Assembly: GCA_963663275.1 (NCBI GenBank)
Contig: OY760183.1
Coordinates: 992,001 to 1,056,000, forward strand
DNA from: Chloroflexota bacterium
GTDB lineage: Bacteria > Chloroflexota > UBA11872 > VXOZ01
Length of the DNA stretch: 64,000 nucleotides
Reading direction: 5' to 3'
Shown here: positions 46,876 to 56,856 of the stretch, piece by piece
Layout: each line of letters begins with the position of its first letter
How positions within the stretch are numbered: the first letter of the stretch is position 1
Made by a program: the position numbers and the translations under genes
The notes under the pieces: generated by a model
Databases searched by the model: none
Seen by the model: only the letters and a program-made list of their open reading frames with translations
Told to the model about the DNA's origin: nothing

Positions 46876-47862
46876 TCACGGATACTCCAGGAGCACGCCG
46901 AGGTACTCGTCCTTGCGGTCGCGCAGGCCGTCGTACGCCGTCTGTCCCGCGGTGTAGGGCAGCGTGTGCGTGATCAGCGGCTCCACGTTGACGCGGCCGC
47001 TCGCCAGCAGCGACCAGAGGAACGGCACGTCCCGCTCGCGGGTAGCGGCGTCAACCGTGCTGGCGTGCGCGCCGATGACGCGCAAGCCGGTGCGGTGCAC
47101 GTCGAAGTAGGGATCGAATTCCAGCTTGTCCCGGGGGCTGCCCAGCAGGACGACGCGGGCGTGGTTGGCCGCGGCTTTCAGGGCCAGGTCGATCGTGGGC
47201 CCGCTGCCGACCGCTTCAACGACGTAGTTCGCGCCGCGCGGGCCAAGCTCCGGCAGCCAGTCGGCCAACGGTTTTTCGCTGAGATCGAACGCCAGGTCCA
47301 CGCCGCAGGCCAACGCCTGCCCCAAACGCACGGCCGCCAGGTCCGCGGCGGCTACCTGGCCGGCGCCCGCCGCCGCGCAGAGTTGCGCGCAGAGATTCCC
47401 GACCAGGCCCATGCCAAGCACGAGCGCGTTCTCGCCAAAGGAGACCGGCGCCTGGCGAGGCGCCGACATGGCGATTTGCAGCATGGCATAGAACGGCACG
47501 CACGAATCGGGAACGTCCGCCGGGGCCGGCTGCACGGCATCGCGGCTGAGGAGCGCGTAGGTCGCGTGGCGGCCGCGGTGGAAGACGCGCTCCCCCGGCG
47601 TCAGGTCGTCCACGCCCGCGCCGACCGCCAGCACCTCGCCGCACGCGGCGTAGCCGGGGTAGAACGGATACTTGGCATAGCCGAAGTCGGCCTCGTCGAA
47701 TCCCCGATGGGTGCGCGTGAACATGGCAAGTTCCGTGCCCGCGCTGATCAACGAGAGCCGGTTTTGGATAAGGACTTCACCGGGGCCGGGCGCGTCCGGC
47801 AGAGACGCGGTCTCGACGACGCAGCGATCTTTGCCCGGAAATACAAGCCGTTGGATATCCAT
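46876..47862 (-). CDS. MDR-family (zinc-binding type) alcohol dehydrogenase
   Basis: SLISAGTE, PGY..CGEV..VG.GV, GMGLVG, LITH. Confidence 0.85.
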   Translation of the reverse strand: MDIQRLVFPGKDRCVVETASLPDAPGPGEVLIQNRLSLISAGTELAMFTRTHRGFDEADFGYAKYPFYPGYAACGEVLAVGAGVDDLTPGERVFHRGRHATYALLSRDAVQPAPADVPDSCVPFYAMLQIAMSAPRQAPVSFGENALVLGMGLVGNLCAQLCAAAGAGQVAAADLAAVRLGQALACGVDLAFDLSEKPLADWLPELGPRGANYVVEAVGSGPTIDLALKAAANHARVVLLGSPRDKLEFDPYFDVHRTGLRVIGAHASTVDAATRERDVPFLWSLLASGRVNVEPLITHTLPYTAGQTAYDGLRDRKDEYLGVLLEYP

Positions 47863-48087
47863 TGTGCAGGCAGCCTCCCGTAGTTGTGTGTGTTCGTACC
47901 GTAGCGCGTGTAACGGTCGGTGATCTCCCACCGGGACGCGCGTTTGCCGCATCGGCGGGGGACAAGCCCCCGCGCTACACCTATGCGTGGTCGCGGTCGG
48001 CGTTTTCCCACCAGGGCGAATGCGGCACGGCATGATTTCGGTGATTGCTCAATTGGCGGCAATACGCCATGCATTAACCCTACGCCC

Positions 48088-48318
48088 GCGCAGGTTACAA
48101 ACCTACGCTACCGGATGGGGGCTTTGCGGACAACGCACTCCCCGGGCGCAGGTTACAAACCTACGCTACCGGATAGGGGCTTAATGGACAACGCTCTCCA
48201 CCCGCGCAGGTTACAAACCTACGCTACCGGATAGGGGCTTAATGGACAACGCTCTCCACCCGCGCAGGTTACAAACCTGCGCTACCGGATGAGGGCTTAG
48301 CGGACAACGCTCTCCACG
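48088..48318. repeat. 4 x 58-bp tandem repeat: family-C palindrome plus 3' end of adjacent ABC gene
   Basis: CAGGTTACAAACC at 48091, 48149, 48207, 48265; each followed by a variant of TTAGCGGACAACGCTCTCCAC. Confidence 0.9.
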
Positions 48319-50102
48319 TATTCCAGCGACTGATGCCGGAAGTACGTATCGTAGAGGTCGGCGTAGTGGCCGTTCGCGGCCAGCAGCGTGTGGTGCGTGC
48401 CTTCCTCCAGGATACGGCCGTTGTCCAGCACCAGAATACGGTCGGCGTGCTGCACCGTATAGAGCCGGTGGGCGATGACGATGGACGTGCGGTCGCGCAT
48501 GACCGCTTCCACGCCTTCCTGGATTTGCACCTCGGTGAAGGGATCAACGCTCGCGGTGGCCTCGTCCAGAATGAAGACCGCCGGGTCTTTCAGCATCACC
48601 CGCGCCAGGGCCACCAGTTGGCGCTGGCCCATGGAGAGCCGTCCGCCGCGCTCGCCCACGTCGGTATCCAGCCCGTTGGGCAAGTCGGCCAGCCAAGCGC
48701 CGCCGGCGATGTGTTCCACCGCCCGCAGCGCGTCGGCCTCAGTGGCCTGGGGCTTGCCGTAGCGGATATTCTCGCCCACCGTGCCGCTGAAGAGGAACGG
48801 CGACTGGGGCACGATGCCGATCCGGCGGCGGTACGCCGCCAGGTTGAACGCCCGGATGTCGCGCCCGTCCACGAGCAATTCGCCCTCCTGGAACTCGTAG
48901 AAGCGCGCCACCAGCCGCACGATGCTGGTCTTGCCGGAGCCGGTGTGCCCCACCAAGGCGATGGACTCGCCCGGCCGGATGTTCAGGCTGAAGTCCGGCA
49001 GCACGATTTCGCTGGGGTTGTAACTGAAGCGCAGGTTGCGAAAGGCGAAGCCGCCGCGCAGGTCGCCGGCGGGCGCGTCGCCGGTCTGCACCACCCGCAG
49101 CTCGGCGTCGATCAGCCCGAACACGCGCTCGCTGGCGGCAAGGCCGTTCTGGAATTGGCTCCAGAACGAGGCAATCTGCGTGAGCGGAAACCAGAAGAAC
49201 ATGAGCGCTTGGATGAAGAGATACCAATCGCCCACGCTCATCGCGCCGGACGCGGTGTTCAACCCGCCAAAATAGACGATGACCGCCGTGCCAATGCCGG
49301 CCGTGGCGTTGAAGACCGGAAAGAAGGTATTGAGCACGATACCTTGCCGGAAGTTCACCCGGTACGCCTGCTGGTTGATGCGGACGAAATCGTCGTGCAC
49401 CGCCTTCTCCTGGCGGAAGACTTTGGCCACGGCAATACCGCTGATCGACTCTTCGATATGCGCGTTCACCTGCGCCATGATGCGCCGCGCGTGCAGCGAG
49501 GTCTCGCGCGCGATACGCCGGAACACGAGCGAGATCGCCGCCACCAACGGCGCCATCGCTACCGTAATCAGCCCCAGTTGCAGATTGATGACGAGCAGCA
49601 CGCACCCCATCAGCAGCACCAGCATCACCTGGCTGATGAGATTCATCGTCAGCGAGACCGTCTCCGCGAAACCGTCGGTATCCGAGGAGACCCGGCTGAC
49701 TAGCTTACCGGTGGGCTGATCGTCGAAGAACGAGAGGTCGTGCCCCATGGTGGCGTTGAAGGCATCCTCGCGAATCTTGAGGGTCACGTTGCCGATGGCC
49801 ACGGCGCCGAGCCACTGGCGGAGAAAATTGAGGCCCCACGAGACGCCGCTCAACACCAGAATGGCGCTGACGAGGATCACCATGAACTGCGTGGCGGGAT
49901 TGGCGACGACAAGGTCGATGCCGCGGGAGATGAGAATCGGCACCGCCGTATCGGTGAGCGAACCCACGAAGACGGCGAGCGCCACCACGAGCATGGGACG
50001 CGCTTGCGGACGGAAATACGTGATGATGCGGCGCAGCAACGCGCGATCGCCGTACTCGCGATCGTACGAATCCGCGTCGAGGCCGTCCATTACGAAGCCC
50101 AT
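48297..50102 (-). CDS. ABC exporter, fused permease/ATPase subunit
   Basis: TM domain; GHTGSGKT, LSMGQRQ, ILDEAT, IAHRL. Confidence 0.93.
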   Translation of the reverse strand: MGFVMDGLDADSYDREYGDRALLRRIITYFRPQARPMLVVALAVFVGSLTDTAVPILISRGIDLVVANPATQFMVILVSAILVLSGVSWGLNFLRQWLGAVAIGNVTLKIREDAFNATMGHDLSFFDDQPTGKLVSRVSSDTDGFAETVSLTMNLISQVMLVLLMGCVLLVINLQLGLITVAMAPLVAAISLVFRRIARETSLHARRIMAQVNAHIEESISGIAVAKVFRQEKAVHDDFVRINQQAYRVNFRQGIVLNTFFPVFNATAGIGTAVIVYFGGLNTASGAMSVGDWYLFIQALMFFWFPLTQIASFWSQFQNGLAASERVFGLIDAELRVVQTGDAPAGDLRGGFAFRNLRFSYNPSEIVLPDFSLNIRPGESIALVGHTGSGKTSIVRLVARFYEFQEGELLVDGRDIRAFNLAAYRRRIGIVPQSPFLFSGTVGENIRYGKPQATEADALRAVEHIAGGAWLADLPNGLDTDVGERGGRLSMGQRQLVALARVMLKDPAVFILDEATASVDPFTEVQIQEGVEAVMRDRTSIVIAHRLYTVQHADRILVLDNGRILEEGTHHTLLAANGHYADLYDTYFRHQSLEYVESVVR

Positions 50103-50376
50103 CGGCGTATCCTCATGCGGCGGCGCTGTCCGCGCGCCGGTTGCTCTATGCGCGAGCGATGCCGCGTGGCGCGAATGCCAATCTTCCCCTCACCCTAACC
50201 CTCTCCCCCAGGAGAGGGGACTTGCGGTATGGGGCACGTTCCCCCTTACCCTAACCCTCTTCCCCGAGGAGAGGGAATCTGTCGTAGCGCGGGGGCTTGT
50301 CCCCCGCCTCCGGCAGCCCGAAATACACCACGCGGCGCGGGGCCTGTTATCCCCTCACCCTAACCCTCTCCCCCAG

Positions 50377-50517
50377 GAAACCTTTGCGTAACTCCGTCAT
50401 TCCGGTGAAAACCGGAATCCAGAGGTGCGTTTACCGTTTCCGATTGCTTGCCGTCAAGCCTTCTCACCCCCATCCCAGCCATTCTCGACGCGAGGGGATG
50501 AGTTACGCAAAGGTCTC
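50377..50517. mobile_element. 141-bp MITE with IS5-like TIRs, copy 3, in the loop of a family-D palindrome
   Basis: GAAACCTTTGCGTAAC...GTTACGCAAAGGTCTC; CCCAG direct repeats 50372-50376 and 50518-50522. Confidence 0.85.
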
Positions 50518-50556
50518 CCCAGGAGAGGGAATCTGTCGTAGCGCGGGGGCTTGACC

Positions 50557-50807
50557 TCATGTTGTCGCATTAACTCGATGAGAATGAAGGTTACGCTCGT
50601 TTCTCCGGTGGCGCAGGTTCGCGCGGGAGGTGCGCATAAGCTGCGTCTTCCGTAGGGTCAATCCATTTCGTTAGCACTCTTTTGGTCCGGCGGGGGACAA
50701 GCCCCCGCGCTACGTTAATGCGACAGTATTGGGGACAAGCCCCCGCGCTACGTTAATGCGACAGTATTGGGGACAAGCCCCCGCGCTACGTTAATGCGAC
50801 AACATTA
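50557..50807. mobile_element. IS4-like MITE copy 2 with triplicated 38-bp end, inserted in a family-A palindrome
   Basis: TCATGTTGTCGCATTAA / TTAATGCGACAACATTA; flanks GGGCTTGACC / GGGCTTGTCC; 38-bp unit at 50693, 50731, 50769. Confidence 0.8.
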
Positions 50808-50849
50808 GGGCTTGTCCCCCGCCTCCGGTCTCTTGCCTGCCTCCGGCTT

Positions 50850-52652
50850 CTAATCGCTCGCCGCGGTGGCGGGCACGGCGGCCGCGTAGCGTTCGTCCCG
50901 GTGGGCGAAGATATTGCGGTAGGCCGCGCTGCGCGCCATCAGTTCCTCGTGCGTGCCTTGGTCTTCCAACTCGCCGCCGCGCATGACCAGAATGCGGTCG
51001 GCCCAGCGAATCTGCGAGAGCCGGTGGGTAATCAGGAACGTCGTCCGTCCGCGCAGGATATTGCGCAGGGCGCGTTGAATCTGGTCCTCGGTGGCGCTGT
51101 CGATCGCGCTGGTCGAGTCGTCCAGCACCAGGATGCGCGGGTCGGCCAGGAAGGCGCGGGCGATGGCGATGCGTTGGCGTTGCCCGCCGGAGAGCGTCAC
51201 GCCGCGCTCGCCCACCACCGTATCGTACCCATCCGCAAAGCTCATGATGAAGTCGTGGGCCTGGGCCTGTTTCGCCACCGCCTCGATCTCCGCCCGGCTG
51301 ACCGGACGGCGCACGCCAAACGCGATGTTCTCCGCCAACGTGCGCGAAAAGAGGAAGACGTCCTGGTCGATGGTGGCAATCTGGGAGCGCAGCGATTCCA
51401 TCGACCACACGCGCACGTCCACGCCGTCGATCAACACGCGCCCGTCCGCGACCTCGTAGATGCGGTTGATGAGGCGGGTGAGGGTGGACTTGCCGGAACC
51501 GGTCTGGCCCACAATGGCGATCGTCTCGCCCGGTTGCGCCTTGAAGCTGACGCTCTTGAGCGTGTTGGCGTCCTGATAGCCGAACGAGACGCTGTCGAAC
51601 TCCACCGCGCCTTCGATGCGCCGCTCGATGCCGGCCCGGTTTTCGTCGATTTCCGTTTCCGCGTTCAGGATAGCCAGGATGCGGTCCGCGCCGGCCGTGC
51701 CCAGCTTGACCAGCGAGAAGGCGAAGATCGATACGAACGTGGGAAACCGCAGCATCGCCAGGAATCCCATGAAGGCAATCACGTCGCCCAGCGACAAGGC
51801 GTTGTTCGTGTAGAGATAGAGCGCGTGCGCCAGGCCGAGCGCGAGCGTGAACGAGAACATGAGCAGCGGCAGGTAGAGCGCCTGGATCCTGCCCTGTTGG
51901 ACGAAGAGGTCGCGGTAGTCCGCCGCCTTGGCGCGAAAACGGCCGTATTCCTGCTGCTCCTGGGCGTTCGACTTCACCACCTCGATGCCGGCGATCGCCT
52001 CGGTCAGGGTGGCGTTCAACATGCCGAACTGGGCGCGCAGCGCGCCGGCCACCGGGCCCAGGCGGTTCAAGTAGCCCCGCAAGGCAACCAGGAAGAGCAG
52101 CAGGAAAGCCACCGGAATCGGCAGCAGGGCCGCGTCCACGAAGATCGCGATGGCCGCGATCGGCGCCACCATGTTCACAAGCCACTCGGACAGCAGGAGC
52201 AGGCCGGGATTCACCATCAGGTTGAGTTGGCGCACGTCGTTGGTGGCGCGGGCCATGATGTCGCCGACGCGCTGTTGGCCGTGGTAGGTCTGGCTCTTGC
52301 CCAGCAGGTTTACGTAGAGTTCGTCGCGCACGTCGCGCTCCATGCGCAGGGCCACGATTTCGGCGGTGTAGTTGGCCAGCAGTTGCAGCGCGCCCCGGAG
52401 CACGCTGATGCCGAGTATCGCCAGGCCGAAACCCAGGAGCACACGCGCCCCGGCGTCCGCCTGCGCCACGGCGTCGAACGCCTCGCCCATCAGCCTTGGC
52501 ACCTGCACCGCCGCCACCACCACGCCGGCCCGAAAGAGCGTGCCGATCACCACGTGCAGCGGGTAGCGCATGGCGTGGCTGGCCAACCACCGCAGCACGG
52601 AAGAACGGTCGTAGGTATGTTCGCTATCGGGCGTGAACTCGCGCTTGGCCAC
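50850..52652 (-). CDS. ABC exporter, fused permease/ATPase subunit (degenerate Walker B)
   Basis: GQTGSGKS, LSGGQRQR, VLDDST, ITHRLS; likely heterodimer partner of 48297-50102. Confidence 0.93.
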   Translation of the reverse strand: MAKREFTPDSEHTYDRSSVLRWLASHAMRYPLHVVIGTLFRAGVVVAAVQVPRLMGEAFDAVAQADAGARVLLGFGLAILGISVLRGALQLLANYTAEIVALRMERDVRDELYVNLLGKSQTYHGQQRVGDIMARATNDVRQLNLMVNPGLLLLSEWLVNMVAPIAAIAIFVDAALLPIPVAFLLLFLVALRGYLNRLGPVAGALRAQFGMLNATLTEAIAGIEVVKSNAQEQQEYGRFRAKAADYRDLFVQQGRIQALYLPLLMFSFTLALGLAHALYLYTNNALSLGDVIAFMGFLAMLRFPTFVSIFAFSLVKLGTAGADRILAILNAETEIDENRAGIERRIEGAVEFDSVSFGYQDANTLKSVSFKAQPGETIAIVGQTGSGKSTLTRLINRIYEVADGRVLIDGVDVRVWSMESLRSQIATIDQDVFLFSRTLAENIAFGVRRPVSRAEIEAVAKQAQAHDFIMSFADGYDTVVGERGVTLSGGQRQRIAIARAFLADPRILVLDDSTSAIDSATEDQIQRALRNILRGRTTFLITHRLSQIRWADRILVMRGGELEDQGTHEELMARSAAYRNIFAHRDERYAAAVPATAASD

Positions 52653-52870
52653 GTGCGTCTCCGGGGAGTGTGGACCGTATGCCGTCACTTCACTATAACA
52701 CCCCGCACGGCTTGGGAAATATTTTGCGATACCGGAATACCCCGCGCCGCGCGCGCAAAACGGCGCCGCCGGCCGCATTGTGGCGCGCAGGCACTTGTTC
52801 AATTGCACGAAAACTAGGTACATTAGAGTGTAGAACCATCGGACCTGGTAAATCGAGAGTGGAGCGTGTT

Positions 52871-53464
52871 GTGAAGAGAACGGCTGCGCAACGCCATTGG
52901 CGGCAGGTTTGGCGGGTATTCCTGGGCGTGCTGGGGTGCGCTCTCTTGTTGGGCGGGTGCATCTCGCAGCCGCAAGGCGTGGTGATCAACACCAAGCCCA
53001 CGCCCACGCCCACGCCGATCCTCGGCGACCCCGACAACCCCAAGGTCATCACCGTGACGGTGGCGGACAATACGGTGCCGCCTACCGGTGTCGGCATTCT
53101 CTGGATCAACCGGAGCGTGGGCTGGGCGGCGTACGAGAGTCCCGGCGACGGGCGCTTGCCGCCGGATGAGTACGGCGTGCAGGTGTTCATCGACGACAAG
53201 CGCATGGGCGTCATCTGGCCCGATGAGACCGGCGGCCTGGGGCCGCGTCCGCTGGCGGTGCCCCAGAACGTGTGGGGGTTCGAGCGGGGTCAGCACGTCC
53301 TCAAGTTCGTGCAGCAAGGGCCCGAGGTCTGGCGGGAGTCCACGGACGTCATCATCATCGTGACGGACGACTTCAAGCCCACGCCCACGATTCCGCCCAG
53401 TCCGACGCCGCTGCCGCCGCCGACGCCGTCCCCGATACCGACGCCGTCGCCCCGGCCCGGATAG
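52871..53464 (+). CDS. Hypothetical lipoprotein with Pro/Thr-rich ends
   Basis: LLGGC lipobox, PTPTP tracts around a beta-rich core. Confidence 0.65.
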   Translation: MKRTAAQRHWRQVWRVFLGVLGCALLLGGCISQPQGVVINTKPTPTPTPILGDPDNPKVITVTVADNTVPPTGVGILWINRSVGWAAYESPGDGRLPPDEYGVQVFIDDKRMGVIWPDETGGLGPRPLAVPQNVWGFERGQHVLKFVQQGPEVWRESTDVIIIVTDDFKPTPTIPPSPTPLPPPTPSPIPTPSPRPG

Positions 53465-53467
53465 CGC

Positions 53468-54760
53468 ATGGCGGCTTCTCCTGACGGCGGCGTGGGCGTC
53501 GTGCTGCTGGCCGCGGGCGAGTCGCGGCGCATGACGGCGGCTGCCGCGCGGAATGGGCCTCTGTCGCCGGCGCCGGTTTCGGCGCGGGCCGCAATGCCGA
53601 AGGCCCTGCTGCCGTGGCTTGGCCGCCCGTTGATCCAGTATCAACTCGAGCAAATCGGCGCGGTCGCCGCGCACACGGTAGTTGTCACCGGCTTCCACGC
53701 CGCGCGGGTGACGCCGCTCGTCGAGCCGTTTACCGGCGTGCGCGTGATAGAAAATCCCGCTCCCGAGCGCGGCAGGGCCTCGTCGATCGTGTGCGGCGTG
53801 CGGGCGCTGCCGGAGTCGCTCGCGGCTGTGGCCGTGATCAACGTGGATCAACCGTGCGCCGCCGCGACCCTGGCGCAACTCATCGCGGCGCAGGCGGCGG
53901 GCGGCAGCTTGATTACGCTGCCCCGCTACCAGGGCCGGCGCGGCCACCCGCCGCTCTTTGCCGCCGGCCTGCGGCGCGCACTGCTGGACGTGCGCGAGGA
54001 GAGCCAGGGGCTGAAGGCGGTCAGCCGCGCCCACCGCGCCGCCACGGCCTACGTGGACGTGGATGACCCCAGCGTGGTGTGGAATTTGAACACGCCGGCC
54101 GACTACCGGCAAGCGCACCGGCGGCAGATCTTGCTGGCTACCACCAATCCCGCCAAGGCGGAGCATCTCGCCTGGCTGCTTGAGGGCGTGCCCCTGCGGC
54201 GCGTGACGCTGGCGGAGGCGGGCCTGCGCCGGCATACACCCCCGCCGGAGACGGAGACCACGTTGGAGGAGATCGCCCGGAGCAAGGCAGTGGCGTGGTC
54301 GCGGGCGTTTGGCGGCCTGGCGCTGGCCTCCGACGGCGGCGTTGCCATTCCGGCGCTGGGCGACGCCTGGGAGGAGCGGCTCACGGCGCGGTTCGCGGGT
54401 CCTGCGGCTAGCGATCGCCAGCGGGTGGAGGCGCTGCTGGCGCTGCTCCGGCCCTACCGGGGCGCGGAACGCCGTGTGGTCTTCCACGAGTGCGTGGCGC
54501 TGGCCGACAACGGTACCCTCTTGCGCTCGTGGCGCGGGGAGAGCGCGCCGGGCCTGCTGGCGGAGTCGTTTCAACCGGAGCAGGTCGTCCCCGGCTTCTG
54601 GCTGCTCACGCTATGGCGCGATGCCCGCACGGGACGGCGCTTTGACGCGCTCGCGCCCGACGACCCGGCCTATCAGGAGGGCGCGTGGGCGCGCATCAAG
54701 CCCCGGGCGCAAGCCTACCTGCGGGACTTTGCCGAGCGCCGCCTCAACCCGGCAACGTGA
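53468..54760 (+). CDS. MocA/MobA-like NTP transferase fused to Ham1/ITPase-like domain
   Basis: LLAAGESRRM, PKALL, VDQP, RGHPPLF, NLNTPADY; then ILLATTNPAK, PETETTLEEIARSKA, LASDGG. Confidence 0.75.
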   Translation: MAASPDGGVGVVLLAAGESRRMTAAAARNGPLSPAPVSARAAMPKALLPWLGRPLIQYQLEQIGAVAAHTVVVTGFHAARVTPLVEPFTGVRVIENPAPERGRASSIVCGVRALPESLAAVAVINVDQPCAAATLAQLIAAQAAGGSLITLPRYQGRRGHPPLFAAGLRRALLDVREESQGLKAVSRAHRAATAYVDVDDPSVVWNLNTPADYRQAHRRQILLATTNPAKAEHLAWLLEGVPLRRVTLAEAGLRRHTPPPETETTLEEIARSKAVAWSRAFGGLALASDGGVAIPALGDAWEERLTARFAGPAASDRQRVEALLALLRPYRGAERRVVFHECVALADNGTLLRSWRGESAPGLLAESFQPEQVVPGFWLLTLWRDARTGRRFDALAPDDPAYQEGAWARIKPRAQAYLRDFAERRLNPAT

Positions 54761-55751
54761 GGATCGCGCCGGACCGCTCTTTCCCATCCTCGGCGATTGC
54801 CACCAGCCCGTCGCGCTCCAGATCCCGCGACAGTTCCCACAAGAACGCGGCCGGCGGCTGCGCGGCGGCGTGGTCGTGGACGCGGCGCACAACCGCCGCA
54901 AATGCCAGGCCGTCCGGCGGACACTCCCGCAGCGCGGCCACGATGCGCCCCCGGTAGTAGCGCCGCGAGCCGGTGAACGCGCCCTGGCCCTTGGGACGCA
55001 GTGACGGCAGATCCTCAATCTCGCCGCCGCGCCGCGCCTGGCACCACGCGGAGAGCGGACAGCGCGCGCAGTCCGGCCGGCGGGAGACGCAAACACCGGA
55101 GCCGAGGTCCATGAGCGCCTGATTCCAACGCGCGGAATGCTTGGCGGGCACGAGGCTATCGGCCAACGCCTGAAACTGGCGCGCCGTCGGCCCTTCGATC
55201 CCGCAGAGCGCGCTGAGGTCTCGCTGAAAGACACGACCCAGCACCCGCCGCACGTTGGTATCAACCACCGCCGCCGGCGCGTTCCCCACGAAACTCAGCA
55301 GCGCCCGCGCCGTATACGCGCCGATGCCGGGGAGTTCCAGCAGCGCCTCCAGGCGCATGGGCAACCGGCCGCCGTGCTCGCGCACGATTGCCCGCGCCGC
55401 CCGGTGCAGGTGCACGGCGCGGCGGTTGTAACCCAGCCCGGCCCAGAGGCGTATGACCTCCGCGCGCGGCGCGGCCGCCAACTGGCGCAGCGTGGGATAG
55501 CGCGTGAGGAAAGCCTGGTACTTGGGAATGACGCGCTCGACCTGGGTCTGCTGCAGCATCATCTCGGCCAGGAAGATGCGGTACGCGCTCTTGTTCTTCC
55601 GCCAGGGCAGCGCGCGGCGGTGGGCGCGGTACCAGCGCAGTAAGGCCGCTTGGAGAGCCGCCGCGGTTTCAGGCTGCGCGTTCAGCGCGCCATCGGCGGA
55701 CGCAACGCAATACTCGGCGTTCCGTTCTTCCTGACGGGGTTGGTTTTGCAT
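54744..55751 (-). CDS. mutY: A/G-specific adenine glycosylase (short form)
   Basis: RALPWR, EMMLQQTQV, WAGLGYNRRA, LPGIGAYTA, VDTNV, NQALMDLG, CX6CX2CX5C. Confidence 0.92.
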   Translation of the reverse strand: MQNQPRQEERNAEYCVASADGALNAQPETAAALQAALLRWYRAHRRALPWRKNKSAYRIFLAEMMLQQTQVERVIPKYQAFLTRYPTLRQLAAAPRAEVIRLWAGLGYNRRAVHLHRAARAIVREHGGRLPMRLEALLELPGIGAYTARALLSFVGNAPAAVVDTNVRRVLGRVFQRDLSALCGIEGPTARQFQALADSLVPAKHSARWNQALMDLGSGVCVSRRPDCARCPLSAWCQARRGGEIEDLPSLRPKGQGAFTGSRRYYRGRIVAALRECPPDGLAFAAVVRRVHDHAAAQPPAAFLWELSRDLERDGLVAIAEDGKERSGAILTLPG

Positions 55752-55869
55752 GAGTCTGCTGAATTGTCCTTGAGAGAGGGTGCGCGTAGGCGGGCCGCCT
55801 GAACGTCGCGGAGCGCGTCCGCCGCGCGGCCCCGGTGCAATGCGCGCTTTGCGCTCCTAAGGAACGAGT

Positions 55870-56766
55870 ATGCCACAGGCGCTCTATGAAGAAGTGCGGT
55901 GCAAGACGGCCCTGACCCGGGTGCGAAACATGGCGTTTGGCTGGAGCGTCAACCCTTATCGCGGCTGCACCCACGGCTGTCACTACTGCTTTGCCCGCAG
56001 CACGCACTTCTACTACGACCTGAACGCGGACGAAGAGTTTTCCTCGATCATCTTCGTCAAGGTGAACGTCGCTGAAGCGCTGCGCCTGGAGCTTTCCGCG
56101 CCCCGCTGGCGGCGCGAGCGCGTGGTGCTGGGCACGGCCACCGACCCGTATCAGCCAATCGAGGGCAGGTACCGCCTGAGCCGCGCCGTCCTGGAAGCCC
56201 TCCTCGACTTCCGCACGCCGGTTTCCATCATCACCAAGTCCTCCCTGGTGGTGCGCGACGCGGACCTGCTGGCGGAAATCGCGCGGCGCGTAGGCTGCAC
56301 GGTGAACTTCAGCCTGACTACGCTGGACCGGGCGCTGTGGCGGCGGCTGGAGCCCGGCACGGCGCCGCCCGGGCAACGGCTGCGCGCCATGCAACGCCTG
56401 GCCGCGGCCGGCGTGCACGCGGGCGTGCTGCTCGCTCCGGTCATACCCGGCATGACGGACACGAAAGAGAACCTGGAGGCGGTGGCGCGCGCCGCGGCCG
56501 AGCACGACGCCCGCTTCATGGGCGCGAACGTGCTCAACCTGGGCGTCGGCGTCAAGGAGCATTTCTTAGAATACCTACAGAGTGAGTTTCCCTGGCTGCT
56601 GGGGGCCTACCGGCGGCTCTATCCCGGCCGCTACGCGCCGGAGCAATATACCGAACCGATCCATGACTACGTGCAGCTATTGCAGCAACGCTACGCCCTC
56701 GATAAGCGAGAGTCTACCCACGCTCCCCGGCCGGAGCCGCGCCAGCTTTCCCTCGATCTCACCTGA
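55870..56766 (+). CDS. Radical SAM protein, Rv2578c/SplB-like family
   Basis: NPYRGCTHGCHYCFAR, TATDPYQP, ITKS, LEPG, APVIPG. Confidence 0.9.
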   Translation: MPQALYEEVRCKTALTRVRNMAFGWSVNPYRGCTHGCHYCFARSTHFYYDLNADEEFSSIIFVKVNVAEALRLELSAPRWRRERVVLGTATDPYQPIEGRYRLSRAVLEALLDFRTPVSIITKSSLVVRDADLLAEIARRVGCTVNFSLTTLDRALWRRLEPGTAPPGQRLRAMQRLAAAGVHAGVLLAPVIPGMTDTKENLEAVARAAAEHDARFMGANVLNLGVGVKEHFLEYLQSEFPWLLGAYRRLYPGRYAPEQYTEPIHDYVQLLQQRYALDKRESTHAPRPEPRQLSLDLT

Positions 56767-56856
56767 GCCGCGCGCGGCACGGAAATCTTTGGGGTACTAT
56801 AGCGACAGCGGTTGCTTGCGACCGCCGTTGCCGCGTCGAAGGGAAGAGAGCGCCCG

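Noticed and set aside
48088-48318. Mini-CRISPR with self-targeting spacer
   Set aside because: The putative spacers are near-identical and contiguous with the gene end, so this is tandem duplication.
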